Positions 1 through 12,733 of a stretch of 56,666 nucleotides of DNA are shown one piece after another. Below the pieces are notes generated by a model. That model saw nothing but the letters and a program-made list of their open reading frames with translations, was not told the origin of the DNA and ran no database searches. The number at the start of each line of letters is the position of its first letter. The first letter of the stretch is position 1. A program made the translations under genes and the position numbers. The DNA is from Perkinsus olseni. Its lineage: Eukaryota. The stretch is taken from positions 1-56,666 of the forward strand of contig JABANN010000179.1 in NCBI GenBank assembly GCA_013115125.1. The letters run 5' to 3'.

Positions 1-3000
1 CGAACGAACGAACGCACAAAAAAGCGCAGAAGTGACAGTATATGCTCCGCTCGCTTCGCTCGCTCCGCAATTTAAATTAAAGAAACTAACATTCTCCAGG
101 CCTGCACAACACTCCACAAGATACTCAGTATGGTATCTTACGGTTTCATATAACTTAACCGGATAGAAGTATCAATAAAACAGACCCATCCTCCCGCTAA
201 CCTGCTGCCGTTGACGCTCAGCATCAACCTTCGATATCCGAGACTTCACATTCTTAATGGCACTTTGAAGGCCCGAGATCTCTCCAAGTTTAGTAGTCTC
301 GTTTTCTCGCTCTGCCGCGAGAACAGGTGGGTAATCCAAAGGTCCCCGGTTCGATCCCCGGCTGGGACATGTCTTACCTCTATAAAGTTCCTGTTGCGTC
401 TTGAACAGGTCCTCCTTCGCCAACTTCAGCTGCTGCTCCAGTTCCCCTGCCCTCTCCACAGCCTTCCTCATCATCTCCTCAGCTTCCCTCGCAACCTCCT
501 CCTGAGACAATTTCGTGGCGCGTGACTCCACTTTAACGCTTGTTGAAGGAATTTTCCGCTTCCGAAAAAATCCGGCCCGAAAGATCATTAAAATTCAACC
601 GTCGAATGCATATGTACTCATCCCTCTAATTTAAAGTTGATAAACAATCAAAGAAAACAGAAGAAAAAATAACAGCACTTGTTTCATACCACTCCATCTC
701 CAACTCTCGCGAAATTCAACCGAGGAGCTCCGACACACTCTTAACCGTGTAAATAATCCTCCTGCCCGTCCCTTCCCTCACTTTGTTCATCTTAGATTGC
801 TCAACCTCAGATTTCTTCTTCTCCTCCATGGCAAGCCTCTTCCTCAGGTTTGCCACCTTCAACGGATCAAGTCAACCAAACGTTCGATCCCGTCACCAAT
901 CACATGCGCTAATGTTTTCAACTCTGCTGCCTCAATTTCTGATATTTCACCAAAAAAAACAAAATATCTTCAAAAATCGAGAAATCCGACAGCACAAGCG
1001 GCAACAGACTTTGCTTAACAGTTTACTTTTCTCTTCTGTTCTTCAACCCGCTGGTCCCACTGCTCGATTTCCACTCGTTTCTGATTTTCCTCCGCCTTCG
1101 CCGCGCTAAGCTCCGCACGCACAACTTCAACCTGTCCGAGAAGACAAGGTCGTCGAAGACGCTTCGACCGGAGGAATCTTTTGGCTGCGGTAATTCTACC
1201 TCGTCCTTAAGCAGCTCGACCTCCTCCCTGACCTTAAGATTCTCTAATCGCAGCATACCGAGCTCTCGGTCAGTCAAAGAGACCAAAGATTCTTTCTGGA
1301 CAAAACCGTGAAGTACTGGAACAGTAAAAACCGTCAGTTCTTCATCACCTCTCTAATAGATTTTTCGTAATTATCATCGATTTTACGTAATTCAGAAATC
1401 TTCAATTCTTTTTCCTTGTGGCGCTTGCTCTCTTGAGCGTGCCTGAACGGTAAGCAAAATCTTCACTGGGCCACGAAATTCGACCTTCAACCAAGGGTGA
1501 AGGTCGAATTTCGTGGAGTGGAGATACTAAGCAGGCCAGACCGCACTGCAAAGAAAATCTAAAGTTCACCATCCGCATGATACGCTTGGATAGATTCTCC
1601 CAACGTACTGCTCGCCAAGGGCAATCAGTTCCTGATCTTTCCTCTTGTTTGCATCCACTCCCGCCTCCCAAGCCGCCAGGTCACTAAAAATAACAACAAA
1701 ATAGAGGACCTAGGGATCGAACCCGGGACCTGTTACGCAGCCCTGGCCTCGGTCGCCTGCTCGAGCTGTTGACTTATTTTGTTCATCTCTATTTGCATCG
1801 CCTCCGTCTCCGTTGCCTGATAGAACAAGGCATTATCGAAAGCAGAAGGTCAGTCCATGAGGATTATCTCATCAGATACTCCCGACCTCTTCTGAATATG
1901 GCCAGGATGAAAGATATCTCACAAAGATATACAACAGAGCCTCTATCCCTCATAACCACGTGAACCCCTAATCATCCGTCATCTACGTCGACGCCCTTGC
2001 ACGCCTTCTTCCAAATTTTTCTCTTCTCATAGTCACATCTCAGCATAAATTGCTCCTCGACAAGCCATCAATAATGCGATTTCTCCCACGAAACCTCCAC
2101 CCGCAACTCCCCGAGTTCACATCACTCACTATTTCGGAAAAAAAACTCGTCTGTAAAATTCCTATCATTGTCCCCAACAGTCTACCCAAAAAAATATTCC
2201 TCCTCGAAATCACAACGACAGTGAAAGATTCACCCAAAACTCACCCGATCGCTCAATTCCTGCTTGGTGTCATGGATCCTCTTTAGGACCTCTTCGAGCT
2301 CCTTCCGCAAATTCTTCACCTGAGTCCATACGCAAATTCGCACGAACATAACAAGTATCATTCGCGAGTCTATTTTCAAGTTCATCAGTTTTGTTAAAAA
2401 TTAGTTTCCATCTTCACCGCTTCACTACGGCTGATCTAATACGCCGGTAGTTTCACGATCATCCTCATCATCGCATCGGCGCAAAAAATCGCCAAAAATT
2501 CAACTCCAGCTCACTGGGTTTCCATCACGCGACCAGCAACTGTGATAAACATAACCAGCCCTTCAACATCCAAAAATTCTTAAATATCTTTTCGTTTTTC
2601 GGAAACGCACCATCAGACCCTCATATCACACTTCATATCGAAGCCCAACACTCGAAAAAGGAATCTTATTTTTCGTGACCGCCCACCTTGACGTCATCCG
2701 CTCGTCTATACTCCTCGAGCTGCATCTCATCCTCCTCCTTCTGTCTCGCGGCAATGACCCACTGCTCGAGTTCTTCCTGACCCCACTCTAGCTCAGTGCG
2801 GAGCTCGTCCACCTTCGTATTTGCGCTGAAGCGAGATATTTCGCGCGCCACAAAATTCACGAAGTAGCTGCTTACTTTTCGATTGCATTCCTGGCATCAT
2901 TAACCATCCTCTTGCGATCTTGCGAAATCTTGCGATTCTTCAATATCTCGGACTCCAACCGGCCGATTTGCCGCTGGTCTAACGCCATGAGCTGACACAC

Positions 3001-4187
3001 CAGTGCTGAACAGGAGTCACGCGCCACGAAATTCACATGCTCTTTGGACTCCATCTCTTTCCGCTTGAAATCCAGCAAAGCCTCTGAGTTTTTTATCTCT
3101 CTCTGAACCTGCCGCAACGATACTTCACCCTCACCAATATCGATCACGTGATCGATTGTAGGTATCTCAACTAATACAGTATCATAGCAATCTAATTCAT
3201 GGTGCAGTCAGCAAGATTCCTCCCTGCGGGTTGACGAGGCCGCGACACATCACCGAACGGCGGAAGGGAAAGCAAGTGCCGTTGCTGGAAATCCCCCAGC
3301 CAATGAGGGGCGCTCAGCGAGTGAGGGGGATCCAGGAGCGCGCTAACTACCGGAGGAGGATCCCCGTACGAAGAAATAGTCGTGTTTGGAACGAGGCGAT
3401 CTCACATTCTTCAAGTGTTGAGTCATGTTTTCGATCCTCTCACGCTCCTCCACCGCCACCATCTCCAACTCGTCGCATTTGCGATCTCTTGCCTGACGGT
3501 AAGAAGGTCAAACGAAAATGCAATCTTTACAATTCTGGACACCCCTCTCTCCGGAGTCGAAATCAACCATTGATAGTCATTCATTTCAGGATGCTGTTCT
3601 TCGACTTTCATCAGCTAAAGCACATCACAGCTCAATATGAGCTGGCCATTGATGAAGCTATGCCATCCAGATGATACATTGCTAGTGAGCATTGTTAAAT
3701 ACGTTACCGTTCTACGAGTATTGATACCTCCGTTCTCTAGTCATGCTTTAAGAGGCACTAACCAAGGCCTCAAGCAAAGCGTGTGGGGAGCCATGATAAC
3801 GATGATACAAGATTTATCACGATATACTGACAACTGATATATCCCTAATTTTCGGTTCAGCGAACCTCGCACGAGTGGCAAACCAAACCCGCTCAGGCGG
3901 TAGGCTGTACCCGATTCAAGCTGAATTACCGACAACGCGAAGTAAGATTGGCATTCGGGCGGCCAAGCATGTAAGTCGTGTCTTTCGAACATCTAAGTAA
4001 TAAAAGGGCATTCTTTTCACCAAACAGCGGACGAGTTCCCGAGCCCGGCTTCCCAATAGCCGACCTGGAGTAGCCGAAACTTCTCCTTGATCTCATCATT
4101 CGCGAAGGGTGGGAGAGTATCTCCCACAAACTCATCGTCATCCTCAGCAGTGCCTCCAGCCAGGGTCGAGCTAAAATCTTCCGACAT
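1..4187 (-). CDS. CCDC39: Coiled-coil domain-containing protein 39 (axonemal ruler); multi-exon, 3' part runs off the left edge of the window
   Basis: Spliced exons give MSEDF...TLPPFANDEIKEKF, ERIENMTQHLKNV, EIKNSEALLDFKRKEMESKEH, LEWGQEELEQWVIAARQKEEDEMQLEEYRRADDVK, ATETEAMQIEM and LFKTQQELYR-AERENETTKLGEISGLQSAIKNVKSRISKVD. These resemble recalled CCDC39 N-terminal conserved blocks. GT-AG introns, e.g. 312-377. Confidence 0.88.
1471..1516. repeat. Perfect 19-bp inverted repeat (8-nt loop) in a CCDC39 intron
   Basis: ccacgaaattcgaccttca (1471-1489) / tgaaggtcgaatttcgtgg (1498-1516). Confidence 0.95.
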
Positions 4188-6829
4188 AAATTTGTAAACT
4201 ACAGCGTACAAGCCTGCCAAGGCCAATGGCACCCTAAAAGAGCTATCCTAGTATCGCTCAGTCTGGCTCTTGTGAAGCTTGTGAAGAGACTGACTGATTA
4301 AGAACACAACACCCGAGTTTAGCTACATGTACTTGGAATCCAATCCTTCATCTGTTGTTTCTCATCATAGTTTAGCTACTTAGCTTGGCTTCAGCTTAGC
4401 TACTTGTCGGGGCAGCAAGATAGGATCAGCGATATAAACGTTACACTCTCCTCACACATCTACGATGCTACGTTTCGGCGTCCGTCAGAGCCAGCCAACA
4501 CTCCTAATCGATGTCCCATTTGAATTCGCCGTCAACCTTCACGCAAGTATCCTCTCCTTGTGTCCGCTACTCCGAACAATGGGATACACGGTAGCAAAGA
4601 TTGAGAACTCAACACCCGCACTTGGACGTTGACAAAGAGGAGCTGAGACCCTCAACTCGAAACGATCATGCTTATCAGACCAAAGCGTTTTCTGTTCGAC
4701 AAAAACTCCCCTCGGAAGGGTTTCCAGTACACGAGCCAAGGAGAGCACTGCCTTGAAGATGACTCATCATCGATGAGCGATAATAATTGGACCATGGACA
4801 ACGAAAGATACTACGCGTCCTCGCTCAAGTGACGATGATTTCGAGTTGTTGGGTAGATGAGCATCAACCACCGCCCTGGTGGCCTCACGTACGATGCTTC
4901 AATTCAAGGGCTAATGTGAAGCAAGAGCAGCTTTAAGTGTATACAAACTTCTGGATCCGGAATTGGGCTTTGGAAGTTTTGATTTTAAACGCCTTCAGTA
5001 AACAGGATCCAGAAACACCAGACAAACAACTATGCCTGAACGCAAACTAAAGAGCACGACAGCCAACAAACCACACTCTCGATGAGCAATGATTGGTGCA
5101 GTTAGTTCAGCCGGTAAACAATGCTCAGCACTGCTCCAATATGGAGCTCCCAAAGCCCTGGTCCATGAGAGTATGCTGTGCTTAGCATAGCGGGAACGTT
5201 TATTCAGGCCCCAGTCTATGGAAGCTGCTATGATCAATCAGGCATCTCTATTCAGAAGACAGATGATTATCTAATTAGAATCGACTAGCCAGTTGAGCTC
5301 TTGGTCGCATTGGAGTTGTCCTTAATGAGTCCAGTGATCTCCCTCAGCGTCAGCGTAGGGAATGGGGAACTATCGTCGCGCGAGCCAGGCTTGTCAAGCT
5401 TGGCCAAGCCTCAGTGACGTAAGACAGCAGATCAGTGTAGATGACTGCAACGAGCATCGTTGGCGTCGTCAGCTCACCTAGTGTACCTCTGTCTGCCGCT
5501 TGAAGACTCTTCAACAAGTGTATGGTCGGCGTAAAATGTTCTCAAGGGAACTTGGACTAAGTTACTTGGGCTAAGCGCATGAGCCCCACTCTGAGTGGGC
5601 TACTCATCTCCCTTTCACTGTATCTAATCGTACTATGCAGCAGTTAGAAGACTGAACGGATCATGTTATTCGACGCCGAAAGTCGATGCATGCCTGATGC
5701 CATTATGATAATCAATGAGAAATGCTCGAGTTGAACGCTCGTGAGCATTTGAAGGGCGTAGAATACATCATGATAGGATATAGGTGTCCTTTTGCAAACC
5801 ACATTTACGCCACCTGTACAGTACAGTATAGCCTGCACTAAAATGACCCCATCAGAGCCACCCACGGCTACGCCGCCATTGTCCTCGTGAAATCCCAAAA
5901 TGAGCACATAAATTACGCGCTGACTTTTGTCGCGTGCAAAATTTGCACTGCAAAGGGCAATTTATGGTACCACGCCGTAAATTATGGCCCTCACTGTTCT
6001 CCGAAGACTGCAGGCTGATAATTTAAGGTGAGCAACCAATGAGAGCCTCCCACTCAGGAGATAGTTACGTCGGATGATTATCAGAAGAAGAGCAAAAGCG
6101 TTGCAAACAATCCTAAAGTAACGGAGACCAGAGGGTCAGATTTCTGAAAGAGGTCCACAATTTTGCAAGTGAGTCGCAGCGACTTGCAGCGAGTGGAAAA
6201 AATCTGACCGAAAATGTGATTTCGAAATTTTCAGAATCTGAAACATTCTTCCCGGAAGTCGCGGTAACGGGCTTGGGTGGAAACAGAAAAGGAGCGATTC
6301 GGTAGAAAAGATTTCAGCTTCCAATAACGAATAGATTCCGCTGAACTGTTATATACAGCATAGTTGACAACCTCCTAGCTGAACCTAAGACTCGCGGAGA
6401 AGCACCCTTTCATTCTTCTCACAATATTGACCGTATCTTGCCCGGTGAGGTCCTCCGAGTTACTTTACACCCGTCGTTCCTGTGTGAGCGACGAGAGCTG
6501 TCCGTACTAAGTTAAGAGCAGCATCTTCTGTCAGTGACTGAAACGTCCGTCGTCGTGGTCAGGAGTAATCAAGGAGATGAAGGACATCTTCGCGACGAAC
6601 TTCTCCGTCAGACTAAAACGGGAGGATAAACGGGCGGGATTCCTCGAGCGTTAAACCTCCTCAGATATCACCTATGCTCGATTACTTTCTCGTAAAAGGT
6701 CCGGGGTATTATAAAATTCCCGAGTAACTGATGATCTTGCTACACTTGCATTTCCTCAACGCCCCTCTGCGCAAAATTGAGATAATCCGTTGTAACCATT
6801 TTTCCGAGGAGCGGCTTCAACCATGGAAG

Positions 6830-6894
6830 CAAGCAGGCAATGGGACGGATGCTTGTGAAAACTTTTCACAAGCATTCGTCCCACTGGCTGCTTG
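6830..6894. repeat. Near-perfect 32-bp palindrome/foldback (1-nt loop)
   Basis: caagcaggcaatgggacggatgcttgtgaaaa-c-ttttcacaagcattcgtcccactggctgcttg; 3 mismatches, one of them a G-U pair. Confidence 0.93.
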
Positions 6895-7506
6895 AATTCA
6901 CTTTTCACTGAAAATGACCGGTAGAAATTTCGTTTAAATTTTCCCTGGAAATTATGAAACCATAAATCAACCAGCTAGGTTTGGTTAGATGACGCGATGA
7001 AGAAACAAATGGAAAAATATAGAGCGGCCATCTGCAATTGCCATAGTTCACTTCCCCTTGGTATTCTGATCGCCATCTCTTCGAGGACGAAGTTGCAACT
7101 AAAGTTTGTTCGTAGTGAAAAGCAGAAATCAGTGGGAAAAGGCGACACTCTGTTCTACAGAAAAGATTAATTTCACGACCTTAGAACCGGTTCTGAAACT
7201 AAGAAGAGATTCTGGAGTCGGATCATTCTTCGCTTGAAATCAATTCCAGAATCGAGTCTGAGTCTCAGAATTAGTTACTGAAAGGCGGCGGATTTTCGTT
7301 CTCTAATCGGTGGCTCTCCCGGAGCACACCGACGTTCAGTGGCACGTGCGTCTTACTTGGCGTGGCACCGGTGAAGGCTGTTCGAAAAAATTTATTTTCG
7401 ACCATTACCAGCTTGATGGTCTGTTGGAGGATTTTCCAGCTAAAATATATGAAAATTCTGTGCAACGGCGGATCTTTTCTCATAGTTGTATGACTGGGTT
7501 TCATCC

Positions 7507-10500
7507 ATGGCTCATAACGGTCCGTCGAGCGCAGCGTCTCCAGCCGCATCACCAGGCATCAGTGCCAATCACAAACTAACTCGACTCAGTATGTCAGCAA
7601 CAACCAGAGTAAGGACTTTCCACTGCCCAACCTCATTTGTATCTTGCTTGCTTCAACCTTGGATATCTTCTCATAGGTCAATAGCGTTACCACCAGAGGC
7701 TCCACAGCCACTCAGCATTCCGGTCGTTTCACCGCCGTCTACCCACCCTCCGATACCGGCGCCCCTCTCTCCGCGTGCTCTTCTGAATCTGACGAGCTTC
7801 GACCTAAGATAAACACCTCACTGTGGCGAAAGCTCGTCCGTCAACTTTCCTTCCGGGCTGGGGAGTCGAGGAATGCCAACATGTTCTTCTCTTGCATGGT
7901 CCTACTGAACTCAGTATCAGTCGGACTTGAGACAGACCTGGACGTTAACGATGACAGCGATCTCTGGCTTGTCATCAACTCTGTTTTTCTGGTCATCTTC
8001 GGCGTGGAGCTGGTCGTCCGGTTGAGAATTGAAGGCCTACGCAGTTGGGTCCATGATACTTGGAACTGGTTCGACACGCTGCTGGTGGTCTCGGACGTGG
8101 TGGGAATGTGGATCGTCCCTTTCTTTACGGGGAAGAGTCTTAGGAGCTTCAACTTCTTAAGTGAGGGGGATGAGAGAAGGGCGCGGGTTCGATTCCCGGA
8201 TGGGGTATTTTATGTCTTTAGGGACGGGACGACTGCTGCGGTTGGCGAGGATTGCCCGGCTCTTCCGCTTCCTCCGGCCGTTGGCGTTGATCATGAGGGG
8301 GATAGTTATGGCTTTCAAAATAGTAATACTATCTCGAGGGAGGGATCGTTGATGCTCGGCAGACCGATCCGAAAGGCGAGAAATCATTCTTAGGCCACTA
8401 CTAACCAGTCGTGTATGTTTCAATTTTCAAGACTGCTGGAAAAATTCTTTATCGTTATTTTTTGAAAAAATTTGTCGAAAAAATTTTTTTCGACGAAGTG
8501 GAAATCGCCGTGGATGCTGACGGTTGGGTTGAAATTTCTCCGCCACAAGCGTCTCCGGACGGAAGTTTTTTGACGGGAAACGAGCGACAGGCTTCTCAGC
8601 TCTTCTTGCAGTGGGAAATGAATATCTCCAGAGATTGATCAAAGCGAATCATACTCGAGTCAGCGAACGCTACTGGGAATTTTCCTCTGGGGTTTATCAG
8701 CCGCCATGCTCATTTGTGGATTACGAGACCTCACTCACTTCCTACCTCTTCGATTCGCTCGAGTCGTGTCTCGTTTCTGATTATTTTCCTTTTCTCAGTG
8801 AATTGCCTTGGCATAGAGATGTCGGATGCTTCCCTCATGACAGAACGGTTTCTCAGGTGTTGTGGATGATAATATTGATGACAATTCTTATTTATGTGGC
8901 CGCCGTGGGAATGCGGATATTCACTAAAAACATCGCTGAGGATTGGAGTGACGATCTGGCTAACCCTGATTCGTCGTTGCTTGCCAAGGGATTGGGTAAG
9001 TCGGTCTGGAATTTAATCGCCAAAGCCGCGCGCAACTCGCGCGGGGACTCTACGCTATACGAATGCTTGTTAAGTGGAAGCAAAAGCCTCACAACGCGAT
9101 GGTTTAAAATGAAGTTTGTGGGATTCGAACCCGGGTTCTTTCGCCTGATTCGGTTGAGGAGTTTGTCAGCATTAAAAATATTTTTCCACATTTTACCCGA
9201 CAGGTACGTATGGTCAGCCGCCGTTCCGATCGGTACCCCAGTCCATGATTACGATGTTCCAATTGGTCACTCTCGAAAACTGGCCTGAGGTGTAAGTCGT
9301 CGCGCTGGTCGGGTCAGTCCTCAGCATTCTAAATTTTCCGCTTGTCATTGACTTTTATCTGCCATTTTCATTATTTCCGGTTTTTGTATCGGAATTTCAG
9401 GAAACTGTGGTTTTTTCCGGCGGGTTCTCGTCAATTTTCACGATGTTCATGATTCTTGTGCTGTATCCCATATAATATTCAACACATTCTGTAGAAGCTC
9501 GACGCACTGTCCACTCTTCGGCGGGTTTCTGGTCCTCTCGCGATTCCCGGCGACCAGCGGTTGTAGATATGAAGAATTTGGATTACGTTTTTTGGAAAAA
9601 ATTGAAGTCGAATCGTCGCTCCCTGCCAGGTTCTATGCTACCGGGCACTACGTTTCCTCCATCGCTCTCACCATCATCCCTTTCGTTTTCTTCATGAACT
9701 TCATCATAGTGTCCCTCATGACCGGTGTCATATTAGAGAATGTAGGGTCAATTCGGAAAGGAGTGGTATTAACAAACTTTGGTCAGGTGCTAGAGGTTTC
9801 TAGAACGGATTATGAAGAGAAGAATCGGCGTACTGAGGAGTTTCGGCGAATGGTAGAGAACGGGTTTGAGTTTACTCGCTCAGTGTGAACGCCCTTCCCC
9901 GCTCAATTTCACGGTTCGTAAATTTATATTAACATATTTCAAACCAGGGTGATGGATATTTTATCAGCTCTAGAACTTGCACGATATTTCGATTCAATAT
10001 CAAATCGATCGACACGTCCCTGTCCTCCATCTCCATCTAGTCGATTTTCGTCGAGCTTGCCACCCTGTTCTGACCCCTCAGGCGTTCGCCCATCTCCATG
10101 AGGTTTTCAAAGAAGCAGATGAAAGTGGCCGTGGCTGGATATCTGAGGATGAGTTTCTTAAGGTAGTGGCTTATCCTATCATCCACCGCGTTGACGTTAG
10201 CGCTCGCCTTTCTGATCGATTTGTGCTCGTCATCAACAACCTGGCGTGGAGGAGAGGCACTTACACGTATCATAAAAAACTTGCCTTTGCACTTCTCCTC
10301 AGCCACCATCATGAGGAGTCTCCCGTACGCTCAGGTTCTTCGGAATGTAGAAGTCGCCCAGAAGCTGAAGTTTGCTGACGTGTCGCTGCGTGATGCAGCG
10401 GAGCTATTCAGTTTGATAGACATCAACCAATCTCGAAGGGTGAGCCAGCCATTCGGTTTTGATTGGGCCGGCGATCGGTGGTTGGCAATCGGCATCGGTC

Positions 10501-11340
10501 TTATCTTGGTCGTTCGTGCCGGAATGCTACGGAGATCGTATTTTGTTCGTGACGGTTTGAGTGGAATATCTTTCATCTGTATAGTCTAGAGGTGGGCGGC
10601 AGTACGGGTACGGTCTAGTACGGTACGGGTGGTAGTACGGCTCGGTACCCGTACTACCCGTCGCAGCAGTTCCCAAGTACCTTACTAGTACGCCGTATTT
10701 GAAGCACGGCGTAATTTGGTACACGTATGCGTTATTTAATATATTTAATACGTACTAGTTCTCCGTACCCGTACTAGGTTCACAGTTTGAAACCTACTCC
10801 GTACCGTACTTTTCTCGACCCCAGTACGGCTGCCCAGCTCTAGTATAGTCTAGCGGGCTTCATAAGAACGCATGAGCTTGAGTCCTGCTAACCTTCGGAA
10901 TAGGAGTTTGGGGTTGGGCATGAAAATCTCGCTCGCCCTAAAATCGCGGCGATTGTTGGTTTGGTCAGGTTACGTACAATGAGTTTGTGGAAGGGTGCTT
11001 GAGGATAGCTGGTCCGGCGAAGGGGAAGGATCTTCTGAGGGTTCAGTATACTCTGGATAAAAAATTTGAGAAGGTATGTGTGGAAATCGATCGCTCGATC
11101 GATTTCGGCCGCGTGCAGGTTCGGCAGGAGCTGGTACGGCAAGAAGAGAGTATCTTAGAACGACTAGAGCGCAGTAGCCGGCAAGTCGGCGCTAAGCTGG
11201 ATATGTTGTTGTCCGTTGTCTTGTCGGAGAGTGAAGATAGTGTTATTAACAAGGCCGTCCACGATAGTCTTTTGGCGTCCCTGAGAGGCCCTGTAGGAAA
11301 GGGTTTCGAGAACATAGTAGCGGACAAGGGCGGAAGGTAG
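7507..11340 (+). CDS. Single-domain (6TM) voltage-gated cation channel with C-terminal EF-hands; multi-exon, start approximate
   Basis: S1-S3 (LLNSVSVGLETD...IFGVELVVRL...WNWFDTLLV); S4 RLLRLARIARLFRFLRPL (~8230-8283); S5 VLWMIILMTILIYVAAV; pore FRSVPQSMITMFQLVTLENWPEV (~9225-9290); S6 FFMNFIIVSLMTGVILEN; EF-hand-like FKEADESGRGWISEDEF and LFSLIDINQSRR/VTYNEFVEG; stop at 11340. Confidence 0.88.
10587..10842. mobile_element. Non-autonomous hAT-superfamily MITE (256 bp) inside a channel intron
   Basis: Imperfect TIRs TAGAGGTGGGCGGCAGTAC / GTACGGCTGCCCAGCTCTA; exact 8-bp TSD GTATAGTC at 10579-10586 and 10843-10850; many subterminal GTACGG/CCGTAC repeats; AT-rich centre; no transposase ORF. Confidence 0.92.
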
Positions 11341-11619
11341 TGAGTGGGGGGGGGCGAGCGGCATCTTTAAGATTAGAAGAGTTAGATTGCAACGAGGTTG
11401 AGAGGTGCAATCTCGGACGGGGTTGTCAGTGGATTAATGCTTTAAGATATTGACAGAAGTGTGGAGATAGGATAAGCACAGTATGCTTCTAAATAATTCT
11501 AAGTGAATTGGGCAAGGAATGGTATTAGAGAATGATAAATTGGAGGAAATGTGGTTGAAAAATGTGGTATGCTGTCATGCTAAGCATGATAAGAAAATCG
11601 TGAGTCTTAGTTCGACTAG

Positions 11620-12442
11620 CGGCAGCTGAACTACTTGGCGTTTGGTGTGCAGAATAAGAAAGTTGAGGCGTTATGGGCGGAACTGCGGACCTGGGGTTAG
11701 AACCTGTGCGGATCTGACGGACCGGGTTATCTCAGGCCGATCTGTGAGGAGGTCGTGAAGACCTGGTTAGCGTCAATTAGCGTCTTGCCTCGTTGCGGCC
11801 CGGATAAAATACTGAGTTCACTTCTCGCTGACGAGAGTGATGATGCTGATCTATCGGACGCTATTGAACGGATAGCTCGAATGGTGGGGCGAAGGACTCC
11901 TCTGGACGGGCCCGGCGGGGCGGCGGCCTCGTCCTCGTCCTCGATGAGCAGTCTCGGAGGAGATGAAGACGAGGTTAGGCAGGCCGACATGCGGGCGATG
12001 GAAGAGCGGAAGTCGATCTCCTTGTGAGTTGCGGTGTGGGCAATTTCGTGGCGCGCGGTCGTTTCTCTGCGCGTTCGTATTGATGCTGGCGACGGTTTTT
12101 TCGGGAAAAATTCTTTCTGAAAATTTGTGAATAAGATGATCGAAGCTTCTCCTTCATTGGTGAACTGTTTTATCGCAGTACTGAAGAACTCCATCGTCTC
12201 CTGATCGCCCGGCCGGATGCCCTTCCGGAGTTGCTGCGGGGCCGGGGGTCGGCTGGGGTATCGTTGTCTAGCGGCAGTATCAGCAGCAGCAGTGACGAGG
12301 ATGATGGAGGAGGGGACATCCGGATTGCTGTTGACGATAAGAGTGATAGCACGGAGCAGAAGGGGTAGGTGGAATTTCGTGGCGCGCGAGAATATTGTCG
12401 GGGAGAATTGTTGCAGGAGCGGATGAATCGTTAGTCACGTGA
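11620..12442 (+). CDS. Hypothetical low-complexity acidic/Ser-rich protein; multi-exon, start uncertain
   Basis: Exon-like open segments ~11735-12023 (VKTWLASISVLPRCG...EERKSISL), ~12179-12364 (TEELHRLLIARPDALPELL...) and 12417-12442, joined by GT-AG introns; no family recognised. Confidence 0.5.
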
Positions 12443-12733
12443 TGCTGAAGATGGTGATTGGATCGTGGAGGTCCCGGGTTCTAACCCCAGCATATGTAAT
12501 TTTACCGGCTTTTGCTGCATGCTTTGGCTCATGTTACAACTGATTCATGTTGGAACGTCTTCGTTGTTGGGTTGTCTGCAGAAAGGGGTGGTGGTCCGGT
12601 CAACTAACCATTACCAATTTTGTGGCGCGTGACGGAATCGGCCCAAGTCCTGTCGACTAACCTTACTACCACATCCCCCCACGAGCAAGGCTACCTCCTT
12701 ATTCTCTCTGCTCATCAGCTCTGTTTTCGGCCG

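Noticed and set aside
12512-12533. TTTGGCTCATG upstream of intronless Lon as a spliced-leader relic
   Set aside because: Only about 10 nt match the SL 3' end, which is too short to distinguish from chance.
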